Assembly (NCBI GenBank): GCA_035623615.1
Contig: DASPTB010000227.1
Span: forward strand, 1 to 63,146
Source of the DNA: Actinomycetota bacterium
Lineage (GTDB): Bacteria > Actinomycetota > UBA4738
Length of the DNA stretch: 63,146 nucleotides
Direction: 5' to 3'
Below the pieces are notes generated by a model that did not search any database, was not told where the DNA came from, and was given only the letters and a program-made list of their open reading frames with translations. Position numbers and translations under genes: made by a program. Position 1 is the stretch's first letter; every line of letters begins with the position of its first letter. Below, piece after piece: positions 39,064 to 47,875 of the stretch.

Positions 39064-39939
39064 TCACGAGGTCCGAAGCGTCAGTGCCTCGTAGACGGCC
39101 CGCGCGGAAACACCGGTCCGCTTCGCGGCGCCTTTGGCGGCATCGCGCTTGCGGGCGCCGCCCGAGACGAGCTCGCGCGCGAGCTCGACCGCGTCGTCCA
39201 CCGAGCCCGTCGGGGCTCGTTCCCCCAACCCTTCGACGACGAGCGTCACCTCTCCTTTGAGGTCGCGGTCGCGCGTCGCCCCCGCCAGCTCCGAGAGCGT
39301 CCCGCGGATCACCTCCTGGTGCAGCTTGGTGAGCTCTCGGCAGAGGACGGCGCGGCGGTCGCCGCACGCGTCCCTGAGGTCGTCGAGCGTGCGCGAGACA
39401 CGGCGCGGCGACTCGAACAGGACGGTCGTCCTGGACTCGGACGCGAGCGCGGCCAGCCGGTCCCGGCGGGCCGTTCCCGACCGCGGAAGGAAGCCCTCGA
39501 ACGCGAAGCGGTCGGTCGGCAGCCCCGAGACGGCCAGGGCGGCGATCGCGGCCGACGGCCCGGGCACGACCTCGACGGGAATCCCAGCCTCGGCGCAGGC
39601 GGCCACGAGGCGGTAGCCCGGATCCGAGATCGTGGGCATGCCGGCGTCGGTCACCAGCCCGAGGTCCTCTCCGCCGCGGAGCAGCGCCAGCAGCTCGGCA
39701 AGCCGCTCCCGCTCGTTCCCCTCGAAGAACGAGAGCAGACGCGGGCGCGCGCCGACGTGCTCGAGGAGACGGCCGGTTCGCCTGGTGTCCTCCGCCGCCA
39801 CCGTTCTGACCTCGCCGAGCACCCGACGGGCCCGCTCGGAGAGATCTTCGAGGTTCCCGATCGGGGTCCCGATCACGAAGAGCGTCCCGGACGCGGCCAC
39901 GGGCCGAATTATCGGCCTCCCCCGGCGACCTTGGCCCAC
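39064..39939 (-). CDS. rsmI: 16S rRNA (cytidine1402-2'-O)-methyltransferase
   Basis: It has GTLFVIGTPIGNLEDLS, VTDAGMPTISDPG and VPGPSA. The start is uncertain: GTG 39939 or GTG 39900. Confidence 0.9.
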   Translation of the reverse strand: MGQGRRGRPIIRPVAASGTLFVIGTPIGNLEDLSERARRVLGEVRTVAAEDTRRTGRLLEHVGARPRLLSFFEGNERERLAELLALLRGGEDLGLVTDAGMPTISDPGYRLVAACAEAGIPVEVVPGPSAAIAALAVSGLPTDRFAFEGFLPRSGTARRDRLAALASESRTTVLFESPRRVSRTLDDLRDACGDRRAVLCRELTKLHQEVIRGTLSELAGATRDRDLKGEVTLVVEGLGERAPTGSVDDAVELARELVSGGARKRDAAKGAAKRTGVSARAVYEALTLRTS

Positions 39940-39971
39940 CAGGGCGACGACCGCCGGTATGCTCGGACGTC

Positions 39972-41480
39972 ATGTCCGGGTCCTACGACTTCCCCGCGGC
40001 GCCGGACGAGGCCGACGAACTCCAGGTTCGGGGAACCAGAGCCGAGCGGCACCGCGCCCAGGGCCCGTCCAAGGCACGCGCCTGGGTGGTGATCGGGCTC
40101 GTGACGCTGCTCGCCGGCGGCCTGCGCCTGTGGCATCTGTCGAGTCCGCACGCCTACGTCTTCGACGAGGTCTATTACGCGAAGGACGCGTGCTTCGACG
40201 CCGGCTACCCCTACAAGAAGTGCGGGCTGTCCAGTCCGGGGGAGCAGACGATCACGGTGCATCCGCCGCTGGGGCGGTGGATCATCGCGGGTGGCGAGGC
40301 CGCGTTCGGGAACCGCCCGTTCGGGTGGCGGATCGCATCCGCCATCTTCGGGACGATCTCCGTGACCTTGCTCGCAATACTTGCGCTGCAATTGTTCCGG
40401 AGCGTCCTGTGGGCCGGTGTGGCGGGGCTGCTTCTTGCGACCGAAACCTTGAACCTCGTGCAGTCCCGGGTGGCGATGCTCGACATCTTCGTTACCGCGT
40501 TCGTCGTCGCGGGAATCCTGTTCCTGGTGCTCGACCGATCGTGGATGCAGGCGCGAACGCCGGAGGCCGCCGCGCCCGAGGTCGGCGACATGCTCGGGCT
40601 TCCCCCCGACCGGGTTCCCTCGCCCCTGTTCCGCCCGTGGCGAGTAGCGGCCGGCATCGCGCTGGGCGCCTCGATGGCGACCAAGTGGTCGGGCGCGCTG
40701 GCCTTGGTCGCGGCGTTGCTCTTGACCTGCGCCTGGGAATGGGGAAGGCGCCATCGGGCCCGGCTGGTGCACCCGGTCCGGCAGGCGGTCCGCGACGAGA
40801 GCTTCGGGATCATCCTGTTCCTGATCGTCGTGCCGCTCGCCGTCTACCTCGCGAGCTACGCGCGCTGGTGGGTCGACCACGGAACCGACTTCTCCGGGTG
40901 GCTCCATCTGCAGAGGTCGATGCTCGAATACTCGATCCACCTGCGGGCCACCCATCCCTACGCGTCCCCCGCGTGGAAGTGGCTGTTCCTGATGCGGCCG
41001 GTCTCGTACTACTACCAATGCACCCACGCGACCGGAACGGCGGCCTGCGCGAGGTCGGCCGAGATCCTCGGGCTCGGCAACCCGCTCATCTTCTGGGCGA
41101 CCTTCATCACGATGCCCTATCTCGTGATCAGAGGATGGCAGCGGCGCGATTGGGTCGCGGGACTCATCGTGACGGTGTTCGCGGTCTCGTACTTCCCGTG
41201 GTTCCTCGTCGCGAGGACGAGCTTCCTCTTCTATATGGCGCCGATCACGCCGTTCATGGTGCTGGCGCTCGTCTACGCGATCCGCGACCTCGCCAGGGTG
41301 CCGGTCGGCGTCAAGGGGGGATCGATGGCGCCGGCGTCGTTCGCGGTGGTCGTCATCTCGGTGGCGCTCTGCATCTTCTTCTATCCCATCCTGGTGGGGC
41401 ACTCGATCGCGCAGGTGCAGTGGCAGCACCGCATCTGGTTCAACGGCACCGGGCTGTTCCATCTGTGGAACTGGGTGTAG
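39972..41480 (+). CDS. pmt: Dolichyl-phosphate-mannose--protein mannosyltransferase (GT39, Pmt-like)
   Basis: It is polytopic with FDEVYYAKDA and HPPLGRWIIAGG motifs. A TATGCT hexamer lies 8 nt upstream of the ATG (39958-39963). Confidence 0.88.
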   Translation: MSGSYDFPAAPDEADELQVRGTRAERHRAQGPSKARAWVVIGLVTLLAGGLRLWHLSSPHAYVFDEVYYAKDACFDAGYPYKKCGLSSPGEQTITVHPPLGRWIIAGGEAAFGNRPFGWRIASAIFGTISVTLLAILALQLFRSVLWAGVAGLLLATETLNLVQSRVAMLDIFVTAFVVAGILFLVLDRSWMQARTPEAAAPEVGDMLGLPPDRVPSPLFRPWRVAAGIALGASMATKWSGALALVAALLLTCAWEWGRRHRARLVHPVRQAVRDESFGIILFLIVVPLAVYLASYARWWVDHGTDFSGWLHLQRSMLEYSIHLRATHPYASPAWKWLFLMRPVSYYYQCTHATGTAACARSAEILGLGNPLIFWATFITMPYLVIRGWQRRDWVAGLIVTVFAVSYFPWFLVARTSFLFYMAPITPFMVLALVYAIRDLARVPVGVKGGSMAPASFAVVVISVALCIFFYPILVGHSIAQVQWQHRIWFNGTGLFHLWNWV

Positions 41481-42167
41481 TCAGGCGCGCCCGCGCTCCA
41501 GCCGCCGCACCGACCCGTCGGCCTGCCCGACGAGCACCTCGGAGACGAGCTCCGGCGGGAACAGCCCGTGATCGACGAGGCCGGGAACGGCAGAGAGCGC
41601 GGCCGACAGCGCCGCGGGGTCGCCTACCTCTCCCAGGAAGTCGGCGAGGACCCCGCCGTCCGGCGTGGGCGGGGCCTCCCGGATTCGCACGGGGCCGATC
41701 TCGCCGATCCGCCGGAGCGTCGCCGGGAGGCCGAAGCGCAGGAGCTCCATCGGCACGGGCGGATCGAGCCGGTCGACGAGCTTGTCGGTGGAGACGATGA
41801 CCACGAACCGCGCCGCGGCCGCCGCGACGATCTTCTCGCGGGTGTGCGCGCCGCCGCCGCCTTTGACCAGCCATCGGTCGGGCGACACTTGATCGGCCCC
41901 ATCGACGGCGAGGTCGAGCCCATCGAGCGCGCCCGCGAACGGCTCGACCGCAATCCCAAGCTCGCCGGCCTCGGTCTCGGTGGCGGCCGACGTTGCGACG
42001 CACCGCAACCGGAGTCCCCGGGCCGCGAGCGCAGGCAGGAAATGTGCGACCGTGCTCCCCGTTCCCAGGCCGACGGCCATGCCGTCGTGGACCTGCTCGG
42101 CGGCGGCCACCGCCGCGGCCCGCTTCGCCGCCTCGGCTCGGTCGGTCGCGTCGATCCCGTCCGTCAC
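41481..42167 (-). CDS. rpiA: Ribose-5-phosphate isomerase A
   Basis: It has GLGTGSTVAHFL, DGADQV and KGGGGAHTREKIV. The start is GTG, with TAGAGT 6 nt upstream (42179-42174). Its stop codon directly abuts the pmt stop. Confidence 0.92.
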   Translation of the reverse strand: MTDGIDATDRAEAAKRAAAVAAAEQVHDGMAVGLGTGSTVAHFLPALAARGLRLRCVATSAATETEAGELGIAVEPFAGALDGLDLAVDGADQVSPDRWLVKGGGGAHTREKIVAAAAARFVVIVSTDKLVDRLDPPVPMELLRFGLPATLRRIGEIGPVRIREAPPTPDGGVLADFLGEVGDPAALSAALSAVPGLVDHGLFPPELVSEVLVGQADGSVRRLERGRA

Positions 42168-42286
42168 GCGGGCACTCTACCCGGCGCGCGGTGCGGGAGC
42201 CCTGCGCCTGCGACCGCCCCACCTTTTCGGGGCCCGCGCGATAGGCTTTCCGGCCGTATCCCCGCCGCACAAGGATCTGGATCTCC

Positions 42287-43339
42287 GTGCCCGACGACGA
42301 AGAGCACTTGCATTCCCGGCGAGCGTTCCTGCTGGGCGTGAGCCGCCTCGGCGTCGGAGGTCTCGCCCTCGGGAGCCTGGGGCTCTCGGCCCTGGCCGCG
42401 GCCTGCACCCAGGACTCGTCGGCCGGGCCGAATGCGACGGCCTCGTCGCCGGGTTCGCCCTCGTCGCCCACGCCGCCGGCGCAGCCGGGCTCGATGGCCG
42501 AGATGCAGCAGACCGCCGCCGTGCACCTGTCGATGCTGAGCGGGGCCGACGAGGAAGCGCCGTTCACGCCCGGGAAGTTGCTGCTGTCCTTCGCCCTCGC
42601 CGCGCCCGGCGCATCCTTCATCACGGACGAGTCCCCGCAGGTGTACATCGCCAAGGACCGCTACAAGAAGGCCCTGGGGCCGTTCACGACGTCGTGGTAC
42701 CCGTTCACCGGATACGACAAGACGCACGACCACTCCCCGGAGAGCCCGCTGACCGCCGGCGGAGTCTATTCCGTTGAGCTCGACGTCCCCTCCACGGGCA
42801 ACTGGGGCGTGGCCGCGGTGCTGACGGCCGAGGGCAAGCACGGCGTCGGGGAGAGCGCGTTTCCCGTTGCGGCGCACGCCGACAACGAGATCGGAAGCAA
42901 GGCCGTCTCGGTCGCGACCCCGGTCGCAACGAGCGAGGCGGGGTTGAAGCAGATCTGCACGCGCGAGCCCGTATGCCACATGCACACGCCCTCGCTCGCC
43001 ACCGCGCTCAAGAACGGGAAGCCGACGGTGGTCGTCTTCTCGACGCCGCTGCTCTGCCAGAGCCAGTTCTGCGGACCGGTCACCGACGAGGTGATCCTGG
43101 TCTCGGAGAAGTACCGAACCAGGGTGAACTGCCTGCACGTGGAGGAGTTCCTGCCCGGCCCGAACCTCCAGCCGCCGGCTCCGACCGCCCCCAACCGATC
43201 GCCCGCGTTCAAGGCGTGGCACCTTCTGTCCGAGCCGTGGGTGTTCGTCGTCGACCGCAAAGGGGTCATTCGCGCCCGGCTCGGACCAGGCCCGACGGTC
43301 GCCCCGCAGATCGAGCAGGAGCTGAAGAAGGTCCTGTAG
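42287..43339 (+). CDS. Tat-exported lipoprotein with a thioredoxin-fold-like C-terminal domain
   Basis: It has a GTG start, twin-arginine motif SRRAFLLG and lipobox LAAAC. The C-terminus (VVVFSTPLLCQSQFCGPV...WVFVVDRKGVI) resembles TlpA/redoxin-like proteins. Confidence 0.7.
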   Translation: MPDDEEHLHSRRAFLLGVSRLGVGGLALGSLGLSALAAACTQDSSAGPNATASSPGSPSSPTPPAQPGSMAEMQQTAAVHLSMLSGADEEAPFTPGKLLLSFALAAPGASFITDESPQVYIAKDRYKKALGPFTTSWYPFTGYDKTHDHSPESPLTAGGVYSVELDVPSTGNWGVAAVLTAEGKHGVGESAFPVAAHADNEIGSKAVSVATPVATSEAGLKQICTREPVCHMHTPSLATALKNGKPTVVVFSTPLLCQSQFCGPVTDEVILVSEKYRTRVNCLHVEEFLPGPNLQPPAPTAPNRSPAFKAWHLLSEPWVFVVDRKGVIRARLGPGPTVAPQIEQELKKVL

Positions 43340-43346
43340 CGGCGCC

Positions 43347-43766
43347 TCAGCCGGTGACTGCCGGAGGCGGGGGCGGCGCGGCGGGCGGCGCGTACGTCCC
43401 GGCCTGGGGTGCCGGCATGCTCCCACCGGACGCGGCCGGCCCCCCGTACGTCGCCTCGCCGAACCCCAGGATCGGATAGAAGATGAACGGAAGGACGATC
43501 AGCCCGACGGCGAAGCCGCCCCCCTTGCCGAAGCTGTGCGCGAGGTCGACGGCGACGATGATCCAGATCACGAAGTTGACGAATGGGATGAAGTACAGGA
43601 CCAGCCACCACCCCGGGCGTCCGACGATCTTCAGCATCACCCAGAGGTTGTAGATGGGGATCAGGCAGGCCCACCCCGGCTGCGACGCCTTCGTGTACAC
43701 GACCCACAGCGAGGCGATCAGCAGCACGGTGATCGCCAAGAAGATGAGTGACACGAGTCCGCTCAC
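43347..43766 (-). CDS. DUF5684-like small membrane protein with a Pro/Ala-rich tail
   Basis: The sequence PGWACLIPIYNLWVMLKIVGRPGWWLVLYFIPFVNFVIWIIVAVDLAHSFGKG matches my recollection of that family. The start is GTG. Confidence 0.75.
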   Translation of the reverse strand: MSGLVSLIFLAITVLLIASLWVVYTKASQPGWACLIPIYNLWVMLKIVGRPGWWLVLYFIPFVNFVIWIIVAVDLAHSFGKGGGFAVGLIVLPFIFYPILGFGEATYGGPAASGGSMPAPQAGTYAPPAAPPPPPAVTG

Positions 43767-43875
43767 GTCCCCGTCCTTTCCGATGTCGTCGGGGCCGTCC
43801 GGAATCGTAACCTGACCATCGGGGCGAGTCGAACATTCCGTCGGAATGTTTCGGGAGTCCCGAGAGACCTCGAGG

Positions 43876-44631
43876 CTACGCCCGGGCGGGGGCCCCCGGC
43901 GGCGGGGGATCGAACCGGGCCCGGTACGCGAACGCCGCGACCTCGATGAGGCGCTCGTCGTCCGCGGGAAGCGGCACGGGCCCGCTCAGCCTCCTCCGGA
44001 TCCGCTCGGCGATCTGCGCGGCGAGGGCGGCGCGGGCCGCCGGTTCGAGACCGTCGCGCCGCAAGAGGAAGCCACGCATCACCTCGTAGTCACGATCGCC
44101 GAGCGCCGTCGTGTCAACGCGGTCGGGAAACGGCGTCCCGGCCGGCGCGGTCGCCAACGCCTGCGGGGGCGCGAAGGCCCGCTCGCGCACGACGACCGTG
44201 CCGGCCGCGTGGTCGCCGAGTCGCTGCGCCCTCTTGCTGACGACGATGGCCGTGATCCCGACGACGGGGAACATGAACTCCTCGGGGATCCTGATGAGGT
44301 TCCGCACGATCACCGGGCTGCCGCCGACGGGCTGACCATCGTCTCGCACCACGCGGATGCCTTGCGCCCGCTTGCCGATGGTCTGCCCGTTCCAGAGTCC
44401 CTCCAGCAGCGGGTAGTAACCCCAGAGGACGGCGAAGACGACCACGAGCAAGACGATCACGCCCCACGTCGACCCCGACGAGACCTGGAGGATGACGAAT
44501 GTCGCGACGGCCAGGATGGCGAATTGAATCGAGAGATCGATGATCGCAGCGATGGATCGCGAGCCGAGCTGTGCGACATCGATGTCCAGCGCAACCGCTT
44601 CGGGAGTGACGATGCTGGCCTGCTCGCTCAT
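43876..44631 (-). CDS. RDD family membrane protein
   Basis: RSIAAIIDLSIQF...GQTIGKRAQGIRVVRDDG is typical of an RDD domain. It also has a cytoplasmic C-terminal extension. Confidence 0.85.
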   Translation of the reverse strand: MSEQASIVTPEAVALDIDVAQLGSRSIAAIIDLSIQFAILAVATFVILQVSSGSTWGVIVLLVVVFAVLWGYYPLLEGLWNGQTIGKRAQGIRVVRDDGQPVGGSPVIVRNLIRIPEEFMFPVVGITAIVVSKRAQRLGDHAAGTVVVRERAFAPPQALATAPAGTPFPDRVDTTALGDRDYEVMRGFLLRRDGLEPAARAALAAQIAERIRRRLSGPVPLPADDERLIEVAAFAYRARFDPPPPGAPARA

Positions 44632-44638
44632 CGATTCC

Positions 44639-44645
44639 TACACTA
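44639..44645. promoter_or_regulatory. Overlapping divergent -10 boxes (TACACT on plus, TAGTGT on minus) in a 20-bp intergenic gap
   Basis: TACACT lies 7 nt upstream of GTG 44652. TAGTGT lies 8 nt upstream of ATG 44631. Neither gene has an SD. Confidence 0.35.
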
Positions 44646-44651
44646 GCCCGC

Positions 44652-45638
44652 GTGGACCTCGACTCGTATATCGGCACGCACCGCCCCGAGTGGGAGTGGC
44701 TCGACCACGCGTGCTCCGATGGATCCGCGGGGCTCGCACGGCTGTCCGGCGAGGAGATACGGGAGGTCGTGCGGGCGTACGAGCGCGCGTCCGCCCAGCT
44801 CGCCGAGGTCCAGACACGCTTTCACGACCCTGCCACGCGGGCGTACCTGAACGGCGTGGTCACCAAGGCACACGGCGCCATCTACTCGTCGCGCCCCCGG
44901 ACACTGGCGCAAGGGGTGAGCGCCTTCGGATCGAGTTACCGGGCGGCGGCGCGGCGGACCCTTCCGTTCATCCTCGTGGCGGCCGCCGTCGTCGTGGCGG
45001 TCACCATCGCCTCGATGCTGTGGGTGATGCTGTCCCACGACGCGCGCGCCGGTCTGCTGCCGGCGTTCGCCGCGGAGCGGATCCGCCGCGCAACCGGCAG
45101 GACGACGGTCACGGTTCCGCCGCCGGCACTCTCGACGTTCATCTTGCTCAACAACGTCCAGGTCGCGTTCCTCGCCTTCGCCTTCGGCATCACCGCGGGG
45201 ATCGGCACCGTGTACATGCTGATCCAGAACTCGCTGCTGCTCGGTGTGCTCGCCGGCGCGTTCACGGCTTTCGGGAGGGCCGGCGCCTTCTGGGCGCTGA
45301 TCCTGCCGCACGGACTGCTCGAGCTGACGGCGATCTGCATCGCCGCCGGAGCCGGCCTGCGGATGGGTTGGAGCCTGATCGACCCGGGCGACCGCCCACG
45401 GAGCCGGGCGCTCGCCGAGGAGTCACGCGACGCGGTCCTCGTCGTCGTGGGCGTCGTTCCCGCGTTCGCCGTGGCCGCCTTCATCGAGGGATTCGTGACC
45501 GGCCGCGTTCCCGCCGGCGTGTCGATCTGCCTCGGCCTGGTCGTCTGGGCCGGATATCTCCTGCTGCTGTTCGGCCGCCCCGAGCGCCGCTCGCTCCACC
45601 CGGCGGCCGCAGCCGTCAGAGCCGGCCCAGCGATTTGA
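44652..45638 (+). CDS. Stage II sporulation protein M-like (SpoIIM/DUF95) membrane protein
   Basis: An N-terminal soluble helical region is followed by the polytopic core NNVQVAFLAFAFGITAGIGTVYMLIQNSLLLG...LPHGLLELTAICIAAGAG. The start is GTG. Confidence 0.8.
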   Translation: MDLDSYIGTHRPEWEWLDHACSDGSAGLARLSGEEIREVVRAYERASAQLAEVQTRFHDPATRAYLNGVVTKAHGAIYSSRPRTLAQGVSAFGSSYRAAARRTLPFILVAAAVVVAVTIASMLWVMLSHDARAGLLPAFAAERIRRATGRTTVTVPPPALSTFILLNNVQVAFLAFAFGITAGIGTVYMLIQNSLLLGVLAGAFTAFGRAGAFWALILPHGLLELTAICIAAGAGLRMGWSLIDPGDRPRSRALAEESRDAVLVVVGVVPAFAVAAFIEGFVTGRVPAGVSICLGLVVWAGYLLLLFGRPERRSLHPAAAAVRAGPAI

Positions 45639-46917
45639 TCCGCAGGTACTGATCGGCCACGCCGCCCGCAAGTGACCCGGGCGGGCCGTCCACGACGGGG
45701 ACGCCCATCAGCCCGAGACGACTCGCCGTTCTTGCCCGGTCGGCCAGCGTGCCGACCGCCGCGGCGGTGAGAAACGCATCCTCCGACGAGGTCGGTCGCG
45801 AGCGCGACAGACGGTCCGTCTCGGGGTCCCGCACGGCGCCGACCACCACCAGATGCCGCCGCAGGAGGATGGGCAGCGCTTCGAACAACGGATCCATCGC
45901 GCGTTCGTGCGCGAGCTCCGTCAGCACGAGCAGCAGGGCTCGCCGGCGCTGCCGCGCGAGGAGCGAAGAGAACGCTCGACGGTAGTCGGGCGCCTCAAGC
46001 GTCGGCTCCTGGTCGAACAGCGCGTCGACGAGCCTCCGCGCCTGTCCACGACCGCCGCGAGTGGGTACCACGCGTGTCACGTCCGCGGAGAACACGAGGC
46101 ACCCCACCTGGTCGCCGGCGTGCCCGGCGAGCTCGGCCACGGCGACGGCTGCGTCGATCGCGTGCTCGAACCGGGAGACGCCGTCGACCGATGCGGCCAT
46201 CGCCCGTCCCGCGTCGAGGATGACGACGACCTGTTGGCTCTGCTCCTCCCGGTATCTGTTCACGACCGGCCGCGCGGAGCGCGCCGTCGCGCGCCAGTTG
46301 ATCCGGCGAAACTCGTCGTCGACGTGGTACTCGGCGAGCGAGTCGAACTCGGTTCCGCCGCCCCGGACGGCGGCGGACCGCTCCCCGGTCTGGAGCAACC
46401 GAGCCCGCGCGATCCGAAGTTCGACCTGTCGGCGCCCGCGCAGGACTGGGTAGACCTTGACGCGATCGACGATGGGGAGCGTCGCCTGCCGCCCCGCAAG
46501 ACCGACCGGCCCCGCGACGCGCACGGTGAGTGGGCCGACGGTCGTCCACCCGCGGCGCCCGGGCCGGATCGCCGCCCGTGCCTGCCCGATCGCACGGGCA
46601 CCAAGGCGAAGCTTGTGACGCGCGGGCGCCCTGCCGAGGGACGGCGCGGAGCGATCGCGCAGGACGATGCGCAGCGCGTGGTCGGTCGGGTTGCGCACGC
46701 GCACCACGACCTCCGCGTCCTCGCCCATCCGGACCACGCCCGGGATCGTCCGCCGGGCACCCAGATCGCGAGGGCGAGGCGCCCGCAGGACGTCGACCGC
46801 GGCAAGGGCCACGACCAGCGCCAGGCCGCAACCCAGCGCGAGGCCCGGGCGGGGGGCGAGGAGCGCGACGGCCGCCACCAAGACCACCGCTGGCGGCAGG
46901 CGGCGGCCGAGATACAC
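45616..46917 (-). CDS. DUF58 domain protein (vWA-like partner of MoxR)
   Basis: It has two N-terminal TM helices, then GGTEFDSLAEYHVDDEFRRINWRATARS...VVILDAGRAM. The start is GTG, 7 nt after the moxR stop. Confidence 0.88.
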   Translation of the reverse strand: MYLGRRLPPAVVLVAAVALLAPRPGLALGCGLALVVALAAVDVLRAPRPRDLGARRTIPGVVRMGEDAEVVVRVRNPTDHALRIVLRDRSAPSLGRAPARHKLRLGARAIGQARAAIRPGRRGWTTVGPLTVRVAGPVGLAGRQATLPIVDRVKVYPVLRGRRQVELRIARARLLQTGERSAAVRGGGTEFDSLAEYHVDDEFRRINWRATARSARPVVNRYREEQSQQVVVILDAGRAMAASVDGVSRFEHAIDAAVAVAELAGHAGDQVGCLVFSADVTRVVPTRGGRGQARRLVDALFDQEPTLEAPDYRRAFSSLLARQRRRALLLVLTELAHERAMDPLFEALPILLRRHLVVVGAVRDPETDRLSRSRPTSSEDAFLTAAAVGTLADRARTASRLGLMGVPVVDGPPGSLAGGVADQYLRIKSLGRL

Positions 46918-46924
46918 GCGCGCC

Positions 46925-47875
46925 TCAGGCGGGAACGGGCACGGCGGCGACGAGCCCGTCGAGCACGGAGTCGGGCGTCGCCCCTTCGAGCTCGATCTCA
47001 GGCCGCAGAACGATCCGGTGGCGCCAGGCCGGCTTCGTCAGCGCCTTCACGTCGTCGGGGGTGACGAAGTCGCGGCCGGCGAGATAGGCCCAGGCCTTGG
47101 CCGCGGTCAGCAGCACGGCCGCCCCTCGAGGGCTGACGCCGAGGACGAGGGAGGGCGCGTTCCTCGTCTGCCACGCCAGGTCGACGACGTAGGCGACGAG
47201 CGAATCCTCCACGCGGACGGCGGTGACCTCGCCGGCCGCCGCCCGCAACTCCGCGCGCCCGGCGACCGTGCGAACGCCGAGCCCGGCGAGATCCTGCGGC
47301 GGCGTGCCACGGTCGTGCATCCGCAGCACCTCTCGCTCTCGCTCCGCCTCCGGGTAGGAGACCTTGAGTTTGAACGCGAACCGGTCGAGCTCGGCCTCCG
47401 GCAGCGGGTACGTGCCCTCGTACTCGACGGGGTTCTGCGTGGCGATGACCATGAACGGATCCGGGAGTGGGTGCGACTCGCCCTCGATGGAGACCTGTCG
47501 CTCCTGCATGGCCTCCAGGAGCGCGGCCTGTGTCTTCGGCGGCGTGCGGTTGATCTCGTCGGCGAGCAGCAGGTTGGTGAACGCAGGTCCCTGACGGAAC
47601 CGGAACTCGCCCGTTTGCGCCTCGTACACGACGTTGCCGGTGACGTCGGACGGCATCAGGTCGGGCGTGAACTGGACACGACGGAACTGGAGATCGAGCG
47701 AGCGCCCGAGCGCCTTCACCACGAGCGTCTTCGCCAGGCCGGGAACGCCCTCGAGCAGGACGTGACCGTCGACGAGCATGGCCGCCAGGAGTCCCCGGAC
47801 GACGGGCTCCTGTCCCAGCACGGCCTTCGCGACCTCCGACTGAACGGCCGACAGCGGCTGCCGGGCATCGCTCAT
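46925..47875 (-). CDS. MoxR-family AAA+ ATPase
   Basis: It has HVLLEGVPGLAKT (Walker A), LLADEINRTPPKTQAALLEAMQE (Walker B) and ATQNPVEYEGTYPLPEAELDRF. Confidence 0.95.
   Translation of the reverse strand: MSDARQPLSAVQSEVAKAVLGQEPVVRGLLAAMLVDGHVLLEGVPGLAKTLVVKALGRSLDLQFRRVQFTPDLMPSDVTGNVVYEAQTGEFRFRQGPAFTNLLLADEINRTPPKTQAALLEAMQERQVSIEGESHPLPDPFMVIATQNPVEYEGTYPLPEAELDRFAFKLKVSYPEAEREREVLRMHDRGTPPQDLAGLGVRTVAGRAELRAAAGEVTAVRVEDSLVAYVVDLAWQTRNAPSLVLGVSPRGAAVLLTAAKAWAYLAGRDFVTPDDVKALTKPAWRHRIVLRPEIELEGATPDSVLDGLVAAVPVPA

Noticed and set aside
46925-47875. The two MoxR/DUF58 pairs (45616-47875 and 61072-63146) as a recent segmental duplication or a mobile cassette.
   Set aside because: Nucleotide similarity is confined to the conserved AAA+ core and is only moderate by eye. 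The flanking partner genes differ. There are no repeats, integrase or transposase genes at the borders. They are old paralogs.
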